From sequence record NC_028927.1: a stretch of 64,000 nucleotides of DNA, one strand, 5' to 3'. The stretch's first letter is position 1. Each line of letters starts with the position of its first letter. Shown in pieces: positions 37,657 through 47,918 of the stretch. A program made the translations under genes and the position numbers. The notes below the pieces were generated by a model that made no database searches, was not told the origin of the DNA, and saw only the letters and a program-made list of their open reading frames with translations. Origin of the DNA: Escherichia phage slur02.

Positions 37657-37670
37657 AGGGCCGAAGCCCT
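37657..37670 (-). terminator. UUCG hairpin between genes 45 and 44
   Basis: AGGGC-UUCG-GCCCU then UUAUAAUUU. Confidence 0.45.
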
Positions 37671-37673
37671 CTA

Positions 37674-38360
37674 TTAAAAATCGTGGGTAGAATCAGCTTC
37701 AAGAGCTACTACATAATTCGCGTGTTCACCTTCAAATTTAGCAGCACCTTGTTTACCTTTTGCCCAGAGCAGAAGTTTATAATTTCCTGGTTGCATTTTC
37801 ATATTTGCCATATTGATAATGAAATTAAATGTATTTTCACCATCATAATCACCAAGAGTCAAAGAATATTTAACACGAGTCAAAGCAGAATCTTCTACTT
37901 TATTAAAACCGTTAATTACGATTTTACCTTCTTTTACTGTGATAGCAATTGTATCAATCTGCAGACCACGAGATACACGCAACAGCTGTTGAAGGTCTTC
38001 AGCTTTAATTTCAGTAACAACAGATGCTACCGGGAATGGAATTGGTTTATTAGGAGCAACTACTGTACTCGGATCGGCTGCTGGCCAAAAAATTGTTGAA
38101 CGGGCATCAGCAATTTTAATATTACCATCTTCTGACTGGGAAATTTCTGCATCGTCATTAACTAGAGACAGAATACCGAGAAAACCGTTCAAATCGTAAA
38201 TTGCTACATCAAAATCAATAGTGTCAGAAATATTTGCTTCTGCATAAGTTGTACCATTAACTGCGCGAGTCATAATAAATTGACCGGATTTAAGCATAAT
38301 ACCAGAGTTAATAGTAGCGAAATTTTTAAGCAGAGCAGTAGTATCTTTAGACAGTTTCAT
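37674..38360 (-). CDS. 45: gp45 sliding clamp
   Basis: 228 aa as in T4 gp45. Confidence 0.9.
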   Translation of the reverse strand: MKLSKDTTALLKNFATINSGIMLKSGQFIMTRAVNGTTYAEANISDTIDFDVAIYDLNGFLGILSLVNDDAEISQSEDGNIKIADARSTIFWPAADPSTVVAPNKPIPFPVASVVTEIKAEDLQQLLRVSRGLQIDTIAITVKEGKIVINGFNKVEDSALTRVKYSLTLGDYDGENTFNFIINMANMKMQPGNYKLLLWAKGKQGAAKFEGEHANYVVALEADSTHDF

Positions 38361-38415
38361 GTAATTTCCTTCAATTCAAATGAGATTTAATTTTATAACT
38401 AATTTAATAAAGCAA

Positions 38416-38805
38416 TTAACGATTAAAATCAGCAGCAATTGTTTCAGCAACAATTTGAGCAGCAACAATTAGACGTTCATCTGCATTACCGCAATAATCA
38501 TCTTCAAGGCGTTCACCACATGAAGTCATAATAAATTTGGCACCAGCGTTTAGAGATTCTGCCGTATGTTTGCGCATCAGTTCAATCCATTTATCACTCA
38601 CTTCACGATCGATAGCTTCATAATACGCATGACGAGCAGGTGCAGATTTAATTTTATTCTGAATAACTTCCATTGCGTTATCAGAAAGAGACAAAACCCA
38701 TGCTCGACGAATTTTATTTTGGTTTTGTGGATTTGATTCAGAACGCACGTGTTTTGGCTGAATATCTTTTACGTCAACAGTATAATTCACAGTAATTTTA
38801 GTCAT
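38416..38805 (-). CDS. rpbA: RpbA, RNA polymerase-binding protein
   Basis: 129 aa; position between 45 and 46. Confidence 0.65.
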   Translation of the reverse strand: MTKITVNYTVDVKDIQPKHVRSESNPQNQNKIRRAWVLSLSDNAMEVIQNKIKSAPARHAYYEAIDREVSDKWIELMRKHTAESLNAGAKFIMTSCGERLEDDYCGNADERLIVAAQIVAETIAADFNR

Positions 38806-38814
38806 AATACACCT

Positions 38815-39015
38815 TTAGTCATAATAATCAGTAACAGTCCAAGCTTCATTTCTATTGGACATTATTTTTGTATATTCTGATTTAAATGCATTCCTAAGCA
38901 TAGATTCAGTAACTATATGCTCTTCATTAGAAAAATTATTTCTCAGAATATATCGTTTTATTTCAGGAATAGTTAATAGATGCTGTCCAGTTGAATATTC
39001 CATGTTTTCCTCCAT
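38815..39015 (-). CDS. hypothetical protein (66 aa)
   Basis: Track ORF. Confidence 0.45.
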   Translation of the reverse strand: MEENMEYSTGQHLLTIPEIKRYILRNNFSNEEHIVTESMLRNAFKSEYTKIMSNRNEAWTVTDYYD

Positions 39016-39057
39016 AGAGATTATACTCTAATAAATTAAAGCATAATCTCTTATAAA

Positions 39058-40740
39058 TTAAACCATTACAGTAAATCGACCAACTTTCTTCATTTGAAGA
39101 TGCTGACCATATTCTTGTGGGTCGTGGTCTTTATGCGAAATTATAAAAACATTAGTATTTTTCATTGAATTTATAATATTAGCTACACCTTTAATACCTT
39201 CAGCATCAAATGACCCATCAAACACTTCATCAAGAATTAATGTACTAATACTAACACCAGATACGATAGAAGCAATATCACGCCAAGTAAATAAAAGAGC
39301 AATATCGATTCGTGCTTTTTCACCTTCACTGAATGAAGCATAACTAAAATCTTCACGACCACGGGATTTAATTGTCTCATTAAATTCTTCATCTAATGTA
39401 AACACATAATCCGCTTCCATTATTTTAAGATAATGGTTAATCTGCTTATTAAATAATGGAATGTACTTTTTAATAATAGCACCTTTAATACCAGAATCTT
39501 TGAGCATATCAGTCAAAATTCCTCGGTGGTATTTTTCCATTACTAAATTAGTTTTTGTCTTAACAATTTTATCAAGTTCTTCTTGAAGCAGTGCTATTTC
39601 ATCAGCATGGTCAATAAACTCAGAAGATGCTTTTTCTATAGCCGCTTTAACTTTTTTAGCTTTATCTACTGCTGCGATCAGAGATTGCTTTTTATTGCGA
39701 ATATCATTTGCCAACGACTGCTGAGTTTTAATATTATCTCGGTATTCATCAACAAGAACTTTTAAATTATCACGATGTGTTAAAAGCTGTTCAAACGAAT
39801 GCGTACATTCAGAAACTTTATCTTTAATTTTAGAAACAACTTTATCACCTGAACTTAATTGTGACAAGCAGGTTGGACATAATCCGCCTTCGTGATACAT
39901 ATTAATGACTTTATTATACGAGTCAATTTTTGATTTAATTAAAACTGCTTCTTGACCGATTTTATTAAATGCATCAGTCGGGTCTTCATCTAAAACAATA
40001 TTAACTAATCTTTCATTAGCTTCTTCTATTTCCGATTTTAGCGTTCTAGCTTCTTTTGCCAAATCATCATACATATTTTGCAGACGAGTAAGGTTGTCAC
40101 CAGTTAATTTTTTCTGGCGTTCAACGTTATCATTATATATTTTAATTTGTTGGATAATACTATCTTTTTTAACATCAAGCACTTGGTTCTGCGAATTTAA
40201 TTCGCGTATTAGTGCTTTATTAAGCTTATCCATTTCAGCTAATGTTCCTACCTCAAGCAGGTCTTCCACAAGCTTTCTTCGCGCAGGGGTCGACAAACCC
40301 ATGAAAGGGGTATACCCTGCTGTACCAAGGACAACAATCTGCTTGAAACTGGCATATGACATTCCGATAAGCTGTTCAAATTCTGCTTGGAAATCTTTAC
40401 TGCTGGCAGATTCATTAAGACGTGTACCGTTAACGGTGATTTCGAAAACGTTCGGTTTTTGTCCTCTTTTGATATAGTACTTTTTCTCATCATATTCCAT
40501 CCACAGTTCAACTAAAAGTTCTTTCTTATTTGTGCTGTTTATTAATTGACCTTTCTTTACATCGCGAAATGGCTTACCAAAAAGCCCAAATGTGATGGCT
40601 TCTAACATAGTAGACTTACCACCGCCATTTCGTCCAGTAATAAGAGTTTTTTGAACCTTATCTAGTTGAATGTCAATAGGATTTCCACCTACTGACATTA
40701 TATTTTGATACCTAACTCGGTTTAGTTTAAAATTCTTCAC
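39058..40740 (-). CDS. 46: gp46 recombination nuclease ATPase subunit (Rad50/SbcC-like)
   Basis: 560 aa; Walker A GRNGGGKST; central coiled coil. Confidence 0.9.
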   Translation of the reverse strand: MKNFKLNRVRYQNIMSVGGNPIDIQLDKVQKTLITGRNGGGKSTMLEAITFGLFGKPFRDVKKGQLINSTNKKELLVELWMEYDEKKYYIKRGQKPNVFEITVNGTRLNESASSKDFQAEFEQLIGMSYASFKQIVVLGTAGYTPFMGLSTPARRKLVEDLLEVGTLAEMDKLNKALIRELNSQNQVLDVKKDSIIQQIKIYNDNVERQKKLTGDNLTRLQNMYDDLAKEARTLKSEIEEANERLVNIVLDEDPTDAFNKIGQEAVLIKSKIDSYNKVINMYHEGGLCPTCLSQLSSGDKVVSKIKDKVSECTHSFEQLLTHRDNLKVLVDEYRDNIKTQQSLANDIRNKKQSLIAAVDKAKKVKAAIEKASSEFIDHADEIALLQEELDKIVKTKTNLVMEKYHRGILTDMLKDSGIKGAIIKKYIPLFNKQINHYLKIMEADYVFTLDEEFNETIKSRGREDFSYASFSEGEKARIDIALLFTWRDIASIVSGVSISTLILDEVFDGSFDAEGIKGVANIINSMKNTNVFIISHKDHDPQEYGQHLQMKKVGRFTVMV

Positions 40741-41000
40741 AAAAGATTCCTTTTAATGTATCTTTTAGACCATTCTATCATATCATCATAATCTAAAAAG
40801 TATTCATCAAATTCAGCCATGCAAACAACGCCTTGTGCTGCTTTTGATGTGATATAAATTATTCCAACATATCTAGAATCTTCTTCGGTGTAATCAATAT
40901 TTGCTATGAATTCATCATTAATGTCAAATGTCGAAAACTTCACAGTATGCATCCTTAATACAAGATACAGCCATATCTTGTAATGATTTAGGTGTGTCAT
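40737..41000 (-). CDS. hypothetical protein (start uncertain)
   Basis: Track ORF; overlaps neighbour, true start probably internal. Confidence 0.35.
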   Translation of the reverse strand: MTHLNHYKIWLYLVLRMHTVKFSTFDINDEFIANIDYTEEDSRYVGIIYITSKAAQGVVCMAEFDEYFLDYDDMIEWSKRYIKRNLL

Positions 41001-41187
41001 TATCTAAAATGTTGAAGTTAAAAGATACAGCCCAGTCAGTGCAGACTGTAACCTTTTTAATACAATTATCTTCAACCTCTAACGGTTCAAACCAATATTC
41101 AATAATTTCTTTATGCCCAATATCATCTTTTACTTCGCATTCAAAATGCTGACTCATCATAACATTTTTAAATTCATCAAAAGTCAT
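40924..41187 (-). CDS. hypothetical protein (87 aa)
   Basis: Track ORF; ATGA coupling to gene 47. Confidence 0.45.
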   Translation of the reverse strand: MTFDEFKNVMMSQHFECEVKDDIGHKEIIEYWFEPLEVEDNCIKKVTVCTDWAVSFNFNILDNDTPKSLQDMAVSCIKDAYCEVFDI

Positions 41188-42203
41188 TGTGTTGCCTCTA
41201 CATATAACTGATTTGCATATTGAATAAGTGCTTCACGGTCAGAATCAGTGATGTCTGGAATTGCATTAATGTATTCTTCCATCAACGTCTGAAGAGATTG
41301 AACTTCAACTTCTTCACTGTCATCTGACTCGACAGAGTTATCAATTTTTGACACAACTCGTAATGAATGCACAACTTTTTCTAGTTCAGATTCGAACTTC
41401 GTTAGATTTTTGTCTACTTCAGTTACTATAACACGTACTGATAGATTTGTAAAATCTTTATAGTCAATTTTTCCTTTAAATGGATAATGAATTCTACGAT
41501 GCCAGGTAGTGTTGTTTGGAATAAATTCCATTCGTTCTGTTTCTGTATCAAACATCCAGAACCCACGAGGGTCATTCTCGTCACCTGCGGTTAGTGTCCA
41601 TGGTGTCCCAATATATCTGACGTTAGCAGCCTCAGAGATAGTATGGAAGTGACCAGACCACACTTCTTTATAAGTCTTAAGGAAATCAGGTTCAAGACCA
41701 TGAGATTTCATTCCTTTATAAAAATAAAATCCGTTCAGTTCCCAGTGACCAACGCAAAAAGAAGCAGATGAAGTTTTGATGTGTTCAAGAATTTCACCAG
41801 TATTTTCTTCACACATCCAAGGAATTAAATCAATTAAACATCCGTCAAAATCTACTGTAGTAGGCTTATCATACACTTTAACATTAGGATATTTAGCCAA
41901 AAGCTCAGTAGAAGCATTTGGAGTTAAAGTATTTTTAAAGTGCATATCATGGTTTCCTACAACAGTATGCAGTGTAATACCAGCATCATCAAGCATTTGA
42001 ACTATTTCACGAGCGAACTCCATAGTTTTATGCGTGATTGCTTTTCGCACATCAAAAATATCGCCGTATTGAATCCATGTAGTAATTCCATTTTTCTTAG
42101 AATATTCTATTGCTTGTTTAATTCCATCCAACTGAATGGATTGAATCCACTCATCATCGGCTTTAACACCTAAATGCCAATCACCTAAATTTAAAATTTT
42201 CAT
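41184..42203 (-). CDS. 47: gp47 recombination nuclease subunit (Mre11/SbcD-like)
   Basis: 339 aa; phosphoesterase motifs GDWHLG and GNHD. Confidence 0.9.
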   Translation of the reverse strand: MKILNLGDWHLGVKADDEWIQSIQLDGIKQAIEYSKKNGITTWIQYGDIFDVRKAITHKTMEFAREIVQMLDDAGITLHTVVGNHDMHFKNTLTPNASTELLAKYPNVKVYDKPTTVDFDGCLIDLIPWMCEENTGEILEHIKTSSASFCVGHWELNGFYFYKGMKSHGLEPDFLKTYKEVWSGHFHTISEAANVRYIGTPWTLTAGDENDPRGFWMFDTETERMEFIPNNTTWHRRIHYPFKGKIDYKDFTNLSVRVIVTEVDKNLTKFESELEKVVHSLRVVSKIDNSVESDDSEEVEVQSLQTLMEEYINAIPDITDSDREALIQYANQLYVEATQ

Positions 42204-42338
42204 ATATCAAGAACCGTCATTGAAATGCAAAATAAAATTATTGAAATAAATCCATCTGGAGTGCTAAAGAACCCAATCCAACATGCTCTAGTGAATAGAT
42301 AAAATGCAAGAAAAAGTATCACATATCCAAGAAATATC

Positions 42339-42365
42339 ATTATATCAAACTCCGTATAAAGCTAA
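42339..42365 (-). promoter_or_regulatory. MotA-dependent middle promoter candidate upstream of gene 47
   Basis: AGCTTTA, 12 nt, TATAAT directly after a-gt terminator hairpin; near-identical in layout to 12073..12115. Confidence 0.45.
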
Positions 42366-42381
42366 AGGGCCGAAGCCCTTT
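42364..42381 (-). terminator. terminator downstream of a-gt
   Basis: AAAGGGC-UUCG-GCCCUUU overlapping the a-gt stop codon. Confidence 0.55.
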
Positions 42382-43582
42382 ATTTTGTAATAATGTCAAA
42401 CTGTTCTTTAAAGCAGAAGCTTGAATCTTGATGCTGATACAAAAATTCATACGCTTTTTCTCGCTCACGGTCATAAAGAGCTCGGTCAGATGACAGTTCT
42501 TTAATACGTTCAAACGTTGATTCCATATCATTTTCATCAAACCAAACGATACCGCTATCATGCGAGGTCAAAGGAGTATTATCAACACGGAATTTTAAAT
42601 TTTCGCCAGTAGATTTCCAAAATACCGGAATTGTTCCACATGCACCAAGCTCGAGGTGAGTATATTCTAAAGAGCGCTGTAAATATTTTTTGTCCAACTT
42701 ACTCAACTGATAACCAAATCCGGATTTACTCATACGTTCAAGCATTTCGCTATTTACATAACGGTCAAGAATTTGCGTTGGCAAATTAGGAGCAATTTTA
42801 ATTTGGTCTACTTGATGAAGACGATAATACTCGTATGGAATTCCTTTTTCTTTAATAGGAATGAACGCTGGAGAACGTTCCAGACCTTCCATAATAGTAC
42901 TTAGTCCTGCAGGTTTAAGATGTTTTTCGTGAAAATCAAACATCTGATAAAAACCTTTCCATGTAGTCGTACGACCAATCCAGCGGTTGATATTCATATT
43001 AATTTCAGAAACATCTTTCCAGTAGGTTGACCGAACCTTCGCAATATCCATAGGAGGCTGAAAGTTATATACTGTCGGCGCTTCTTCAATATCATCAAAC
43101 AAAGAAACTGTTTCAGGATACCATTCTTTCATCAGAACTTTATTAAAATCACCATTATCAGAATGGCTAAAAATAACATCAGCTCGACGAACAGTTTCTT
43201 CTAATCCCAAATTTCGACGCAAAGAAAGAGAAGAATGGTCATGCTGATAAACTACAACACGAACAGAAGGTTTAATGTTATCAATAATTTTTTTATAGTT
43301 ATTAATAGTGTCTTCTTCAACCGAAGTAGCAGGAACTGAATTGATAATTAGAATATCACAATCATTTACCAGCTTAAGTGTTTTATCGTATTCTTTTGAC
43401 AATAAAACCGGAATTGAAAATGATTTATAATCATGTGCACAGTTACGAGTAAATGATTTATCTTTAGCATAAACCAAAGTTACTTCATGACCATTTTTAA
43501 TAAACCAATCACGTTGCTCAAGAGAAAATTTAGTTACACCACAACCTTCAAGACCTCGAGCCATAAAAATACATACTTTCAT
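42380..43582 (-). CDS. agt: alpha-glucosyltransferase
   Basis: 400 aa as in T4 a-gt; N-terminus CIFMARGLEGCGVTKFSLEQRDWF. Confidence 0.9.
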   Translation of the reverse strand: MKVCIFMARGLEGCGVTKFSLEQRDWFIKNGHEVTLVYAKDKSFTRNCAHDYKSFSIPVLLSKEYDKTLKLVNDCDILIINSVPATSVEEDTINNYKKIIDNIKPSVRVVVYQHDHSSLSLRRNLGLEETVRRADVIFSHSDNGDFNKVLMKEWYPETVSLFDDIEEAPTVYNFQPPMDIAKVRSTYWKDVSEINMNINRWIGRTTTWKGFYQMFDFHEKHLKPAGLSTIMEGLERSPAFIPIKEKGIPYEYYRLHQVDQIKIAPNLPTQILDRYVNSEMLERMSKSGFGYQLSKLDKKYLQRSLEYTHLELGACGTIPVFWKSTGENLKFRVDNTPLTSHDSGIVWFDENDMESTFERIKELSSDRALYDREREKAYEFLYQHQDSSFCFKEQFDIITK

Positions 43583-43825
43583 TTAATATCCTCTTTGTTT
43601 TGGTTTATTTTACCAAAATTTTATAAAGCAATATAGGAGCCGAAGCTCCTATCCACATAATACGCCATACAGAGGCTCATTAGAACTTTTAAATTTTATG
43701 CGCTTATATTTTATAGTTCCTTCTGCTTTAGCTTTATCATGAGACTCTTTAAAGAGTCTCATCATTTCCTCTTTAGAGGAACGAATTTTATTATAATCTA
43801 TTTCAGAAGTCTGGGTGTTCATCTT

Positions 43826-44032
43826 TCATAACTGCCACCATTTTTTGACTTGATAAGAATCAACCCACACTTTCATATTAGGGTCTGCTCTTACAATAGG
43901 AGGATTAACTTCTTTAATTGAACTATCATGGTATTCTTTTTCAGAAATTTTCACACAAAGATGACCATTCAAAGATTCAGTAAATCCTGCATTAATTTTA
44001 AGACGCTTGAATTTTACGTGTGTAAGCATCAA
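43826..44032 (-). CDS. hypothetical protein (68 aa)
   Basis: Track ORF. Confidence 0.4.
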   Translation of the reverse strand: MMLTHVKFKRLKINAGFTESLNGHLCVKISEKEYHDSSIKEVNPPIVRADPNMKVWVDSYQVKKWWQL

Positions 44033-44315
44033 TCATATCCTCAATTTGCGATCTAGTAGTCTTCCAAAGAATACTGATGAGTTCATCGTTATATGGCTGT
44101 TTTAGAATATCCCGACTTTTCTTGATAGCATATTCGTATTGAGCAAAATTATTGTTTTCAGCTGCAATCTGAGCGTGCTTATAAAGACGATTCAGTTCGC
44201 GTTTGTTTTTAGACAATAACTTATTTGCTTTTCTTTCTGCTTCAAGACGGTTCTTTTCTTCAATAGAAGAAATAAGCTTTTCCACTTCATCATTAATTTC
44301 GGGTTTATCAGTCAT
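43998..44315 (-). CDS. hypothetical coiled-coil protein (105 aa)
   Basis: Track ORF. Confidence 0.45.
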   Translation of the reverse strand: MTDKPEINDEVEKLISSIEEKNRLEAERKANKLLSKNKRELNRLYKHAQIAAENNNFAQYEYAIKKSRDILKQPYNDELISILWKTTRSQIEDMIDAYTRKIQAS

Positions 44316-44316
44316 A

Positions 44317-44535
44317 TTATTTCTCTAATATAAAATAAAAATCATCATCTGTTAAATGATACCTGTAATTTAATTCTACACCATTAGATTTAAAAGCGGT
44401 ATCATACGGATTTTCTGGATCAATATCAATGTCAAGAGCTAAAACTTCCCTGAGATACATTTTAAGTAAATAGGGAATAGCTTCAACTTCAGGTATTTCT
44501 TCCAAGAATCCGGAGAGGTTAATCGTTAGCCTCAT
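44317..44535 (-). CDS. hypothetical protein (72 aa)
   Basis: Track ORF. Confidence 0.45.
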
Positions 44536-45076
44536 ATAAAAAATCCAAACTAGGAGAATCGTCTACAACACTTTTCTTTTCAGCCCCCGGTGTTCTATAG
44601 GTTGATTCTTCGTAATGCGTCATTTTATCGTAGATGTCTTGAATAAAAGTTTCATCTACTAACGCAACCATATCGTCGTCACGGCTGTCATAGACATTGT
44701 GAACGAAGTAACTATATTTCTTTGCAACTTCCTTACGTTCTTTTTTAATACGTTGGACGAATGCATTAAAACAAGCTTGAGTTATATATGCATGTGGGTT
44801 TTTATATTTCGTTTCATCAAAATTATGAAGCCCCTTAATAGAAGCTTCTATACCATCTGCAATCATTTCTTGTTTCCAAGACTGGGTGTATCCTGAAAAG
44901 TTGAAACGTTTAGATAAGCCTTCTGCAATAAGCATAATGGCTAATCCGATAGTATCATTCTGACGAACTACTTTATTTGGGTCTTTATTATTTGCTAATT
45001 CTGTTTTCCAATCAATAATAGCTTGTAAAAGCTCTTTATTGTTTACGTAATTATATTTAGGCTTAGTTTCTGACAT
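44519..45076 (-). CDS. 55: gp55 late-transcription sigma factor
   Basis: Track ORF trimmed to [10 protein letters not shown] start (185 aa); GAGGTG SD. Confidence 0.85.
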
Positions 45077-45154
45077 TTTCACCTCTTAGCTCAATTCATA
45101 GATCTATTATATCATAATATTTGAAGATCTATCTTAAAGCATAGAGGATATCAG

Positions 45155-45424
45155 TTATCTAAGTAAACAGTATGCTTGGAATACTTTTTCCATCATCTTT
45201 TTAAATTCATGAATATCTATATAATGACTAGTTAGATCAGCATGATATAAAAAGTCTAAAAACTTTTCATGTGTGCTAACATATTCGCTTTCATTTAATT
45301 CAGAAACATGGCTTTCCCAATATCCAACACCAGTCTTATTTGGGAAAAATGAAATTTTCATGCATTGATCAACATAGAAAATGCCATAATTTTCAATAGT
45401 AATAGAAATATTAATAAATTTCAT
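45155..45424 (-). CDS. hypothetical protein (89 aa)
   Basis: Track ORF. Confidence 0.45.
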   Translation of the reverse strand: MKFINISITIENYGIFYVDQCMKISFFPNKTGVGYWESHVSELNESEYVSTHEKFLDFLYHADLTSHYIDIHEFKKMMEKVFQAYCLLR

Positions 45425-45636
45425 ACATTCATCAGCTTAGCCGCTCCAAGAGCTGCATCTAGTGAATCAAATTGGTCAACATATTCAATCAATTCGCCGT
45501 AATTGGCATATAACCACCATTGGCTAAATTCATACTCAAGGATGAATCCATTTCCTTCAATTTGAGTTAAACCAATGTCATTTGTATTTACTTCATACCC
45601 AGCGAGACGTAAATCGTTAATAAGAGCTTCGTTCAT
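45421..45636 (-). CDS. hypothetical protein (71 aa)
   Basis: Track ORF; ATGA coupling. Confidence 0.45.
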   Translation of the reverse strand: MNEALINDLRLAGYEVNTNDIGLTQIEGNGFILEYEFSQWWLYANYGELIEYVDQFDSLDAALGAAKLMNV

Positions 45637-45638
45637 AA

Positions 45639-45965
45639 TTATACCTTAGTAATTTTCAGGTCTGCAAATTTTTTCTTGCGTTGATTTTTCATGCGACGAA
45701 TAGTTTTATCGGAAATTTCATGCTTTTGATAAGCTTTAGATTCTACACCAAAAGCTTTAACATCAAATTCTGACAAGATATATTGAACCAACAATTCACG
45801 GATAGTATTACGTCCAATCTTCTGATCATTCTGTTTCATCGTCTGATGAAGCTCTTTTTCCCATTTATCCAAAATTTGAGGAGTTACAATATCGCCTTTT
45901 TCTAGCAAAGAAACTACTTTATCATATGCGTAAGAATTGATGGCGTTTTTAATTTGAATAGTCAT
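45639..45965 (-). CDS. hypothetical protein (108 aa)
   Basis: Track ORF. Confidence 0.45.
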   Translation of the reverse strand: MTIQIKNAINSYAYDKVVSLLEKGDIVTPQILDKWEKELHQTMKQNDQKIGRNTIRELLVQYILSEFDVKAFGVESKAYQKHEISDKTIRRMKNQRKKKFADLKITKV

Positions 45966-46003
45966 ACATTATCCTCAATTACGTTAAAATTTTATTATCC
46001 AAA

Positions 46004-46020
46004 AAGGGCCGAAGCCCTTA
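46004..46020 (-). terminator. UUCG-tetraloop terminator
   Basis: AGGGC-UUCG-GCCCUUUUUGG. Confidence 0.6.
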
Positions 46021-46218
46021 GCTAAACTTTTTGGCACCCTTCCAGCCTTCATACATCATTGCGGCTGATATTAATATTGCTCCTGAGCAACTTGAATATT
46101 TGTGATTCCAAAACCAGTTTAGAAAAACTTCGTCATCAATACCTTGGGCTATCATATTTTCAAAGAACTGACGACGAGCTTCGGCAATTCGCTGCGATAA
46201 TTTAGATTCAGGATTCAT
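46018..46218 (-). CDS. hypothetical protein (66 aa)
   Basis: Track ORF; UUCG terminator hairpin overlaps stop. Confidence 0.45.
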   Translation of the reverse strand: MNPESKLSQRIAEARRQFFENMIAQGIDDEVFLNWFWNHKYSSCSGAILISAAMMYEGWKGAKKFS

Positions 46219-46350
46219 TTAAATTTTCCAATTACCATTTTCATCAATAAATTTAATCCAGTCATTTACTGACCACTTAGTTGTATCACCTTTTGGAGTA
46301 ACATTTAAAGTGTATAACCCCTGCTTAAAAAGCATTCGTTTGATATTCAT
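46219..46350 (-). CDS. small protein (43 aa)
   Basis: Track ORF trimmed to ATG with GAGGA SD (MNIKRMLFKQ...). Confidence 0.35.
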   Translation of the reverse strand: MNIKRMLFKQGLYTLNVTPKGDTTKWSVNDWIKFIDENGNWKI

Positions 46351-46357
46351 ATTTTCC

Positions 46358-46651
46358 TCAGCTGTAACGATAACACTCGTTTGATTTACGTTTAGCAACT
46401 CGTTGAGAAGTATTATAATCAAAATCATCGTCAATGTAAACTGATTTTTTCAACTTTCTTACTTCACCGCGTAATTGACGATTTAGCTCATCTTTAACTT
46501 CTGAATCAATACCTTTCATTCTACGCCATTTATCTGAGCGAAAAATGTTTTCAACCATATCTTTATGACTTACACCATCAGGAGCTTTACGCTTTCCGAA
46601 ATAGTCATAATCACGTACTTTTAAATCTTTACGACGATACGTTTTACCCAT
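46358..46651 (-). CDS. hypothetical basic protein (97 aa)
   Basis: Track ORF trimmed to ATG with AAGGAA SD (MGKTYRRKDLK...). Confidence 0.45.
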   Translation of the reverse strand: MGKTYRRKDLKVRDYDYFGKRKAPDGVSHKDMVENIFRSDKWRRMKGIDSEVKDELNRQLRGEVRKLKKSVYIDDDFDYNTSQRVAKRKSNECYRYS

Positions 46652-46820
46652 GGAGTTTAATTTCCTTAGCAACTGAACTAAATACAGCACGATCACAAAC
46701 CATGCGTTTGTTCCATTTAATCACAGTATAATGAACATCTAGATCATCGACTGCTGTAACAATAACGATATGTCCGTTAACACGATAGTACTGGTCAATT
46801 TTAATCTCTTTATCAACCAT
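46644..46820 (-). CDS. small protein (58 aa)
   Basis: Hand-translated MVDKEIKIDQYYRVNGHIVIVTAVDD...; GAGGAA SD; early promoter upstream. Confidence 0.35.
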   Translation of the reverse strand: MVDKEIKIDQYYRVNGHIVIVTAVDDLDVHYTVIKWNKRMVCDRAVFSSVAKEIKLHG

Positions 46821-46846
46821 ATCAATTCCTCAAAGGTAATTCATAT

Positions 46847-46884
46847 GTTAATAATACCACGGTTTGAACCTGTTGTAAACAACT
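46847..46884 (-). promoter_or_regulatory. early promoter
   Basis: GTTTAC, 17 nt, TATTAT. Confidence 0.5.
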
Positions 46885-46978
46885 TTGTGAAAAATATTTT
46901 AGGGAATGATAAGAAAGGAACGATAGCTTAGAATGGTAATATACAGAATGTGAGAAAGAAAGGCCCAGAGGGCCCGTC

Positions 46979-47302
46979 TTAATCTTCTATGATATCTCTA
47001 TCATATCCAAGTGAAATGAGAGTTTCTTTGAAGTGTTTAATGTTCTTTTGTCTAGAATCATTAATGAAAATGACTGGATAACGAATGTTAAGAGATGTGA
47101 ATCCAGCGCGTTTAGCAAGAGATACAATCAGTGGACGATCATACTCAATCTTACCGTTATTTGTAAGAACTTTATAGAAAGTAAAAGGAGCATTGAGCTC
47201 CTTTAGAAGTTTTGTAACTGATTGACATCCAGGACAACGACCTACTTCATCTGGAATTCCATAGACTTCAATCTTATTCTTTAAGTTCGAGTTTTGTTCC
47301 AC
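46979..47302 (-). CDS. nrdH: NrdH-like glutaredoxin
   Basis: KIEVYGIPDEVGRCPGCQSV redox motif; no in-frame ATG near conserved N-terminus, start tentatively a GTG. Confidence 0.55.
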   Translation of the reverse strand: MEQNSNLKNKIEVYGIPDEVGRCPGCQSVTKLLKELNAPFTFYKVLTNNGKIEYDRPLIVSLAKRAGFTSLNIRYPVIFINDSRQKNIKHFKETLISLGYDRDIIED

Positions 47303-47585
47303 GAGAAATAATTCCTTGGTAAGCCCAATAAGGAGGATTAACAGAATCCTCACCAGAGTTTTCTTCAGGAAAATAAACCTGGATAACAAATCCAGACGCA
47401 TCAAAGGTAAAATAAACCGTAGGTAGTTCACCTAACAATTCGGCACGAGTATTAATTTCTTCGAGATCTCGTTCACGTCCAGCCCAAAAACTAGGATTTA
47501 GACTACATTCGTAAAAATAATAGTCATTACCGAACATATCAAAACCCTTCCAACTCTCTACCACATACCGCTCAAAACTAATCAT
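47274..47585 (-). CDS. hypothetical protein (103 aa)
   Basis: Track ORF. Confidence 0.45.
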   Translation of the reverse strand: MISFERYVVESWKGFDMFGNDYYFYECSLNPSFWAGRERDLEEINTRAELLGELPTVYFTFDASGFVIQVYFPEENSGEDSVNPPYWAYQGIISRGTKLELKE

Positions 47586-47587
47586 AA

Positions 47588-47803
47588 TTAAGCCTTTTTA
47601 TCAAGAACAGAATTCAGCTTGTTAGTAATTTTATCCAGACGCTCATTAAACTCACTAGAAGATAAGCCCTTTTCTGGAGAAATTAAACTAATAACGAAAA
47701 ATATAGCAATAAAAGGAATAAGGAAAATAGCTCCAACTGCCATAAACAGAAAGAATGTTACAGTTGTAAGAAAATCAGCTAAACCTTTACGAAATTTATA
47801 CAT
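47588..47803 (-). CDS. small membrane protein (71 aa)
   Basis: Track ORF; hydrophobic helix. Confidence 0.45.
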   Translation of the reverse strand: MYKFRKGLADFLTTVTFFLFMAVGAIFLIPFIAIFFVISLISPEKGLSSSEFNERLDKITNKLNSVLDKKA

Positions 47804-47918
47804 ATTTTACCCTTAATTAATTAACAAAGCATTGATAAGTACTAAACTATATTGGGAATAAAATTCTGGACCAAAATGAAAAATCATATCATTTATAGTA
47901 TCCATAATGCAATTCAAT

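Noticed and set aside
42340-42561. 73-aa minus-strand ORF overlapping the 3' end of a-gt
   Set aside because: Out-of-frame overlap with a conserved gene and no SD; likely chance. A separate small ORF at about 42204-42340 may exist but sits in the gene 47 promoter/leader region.
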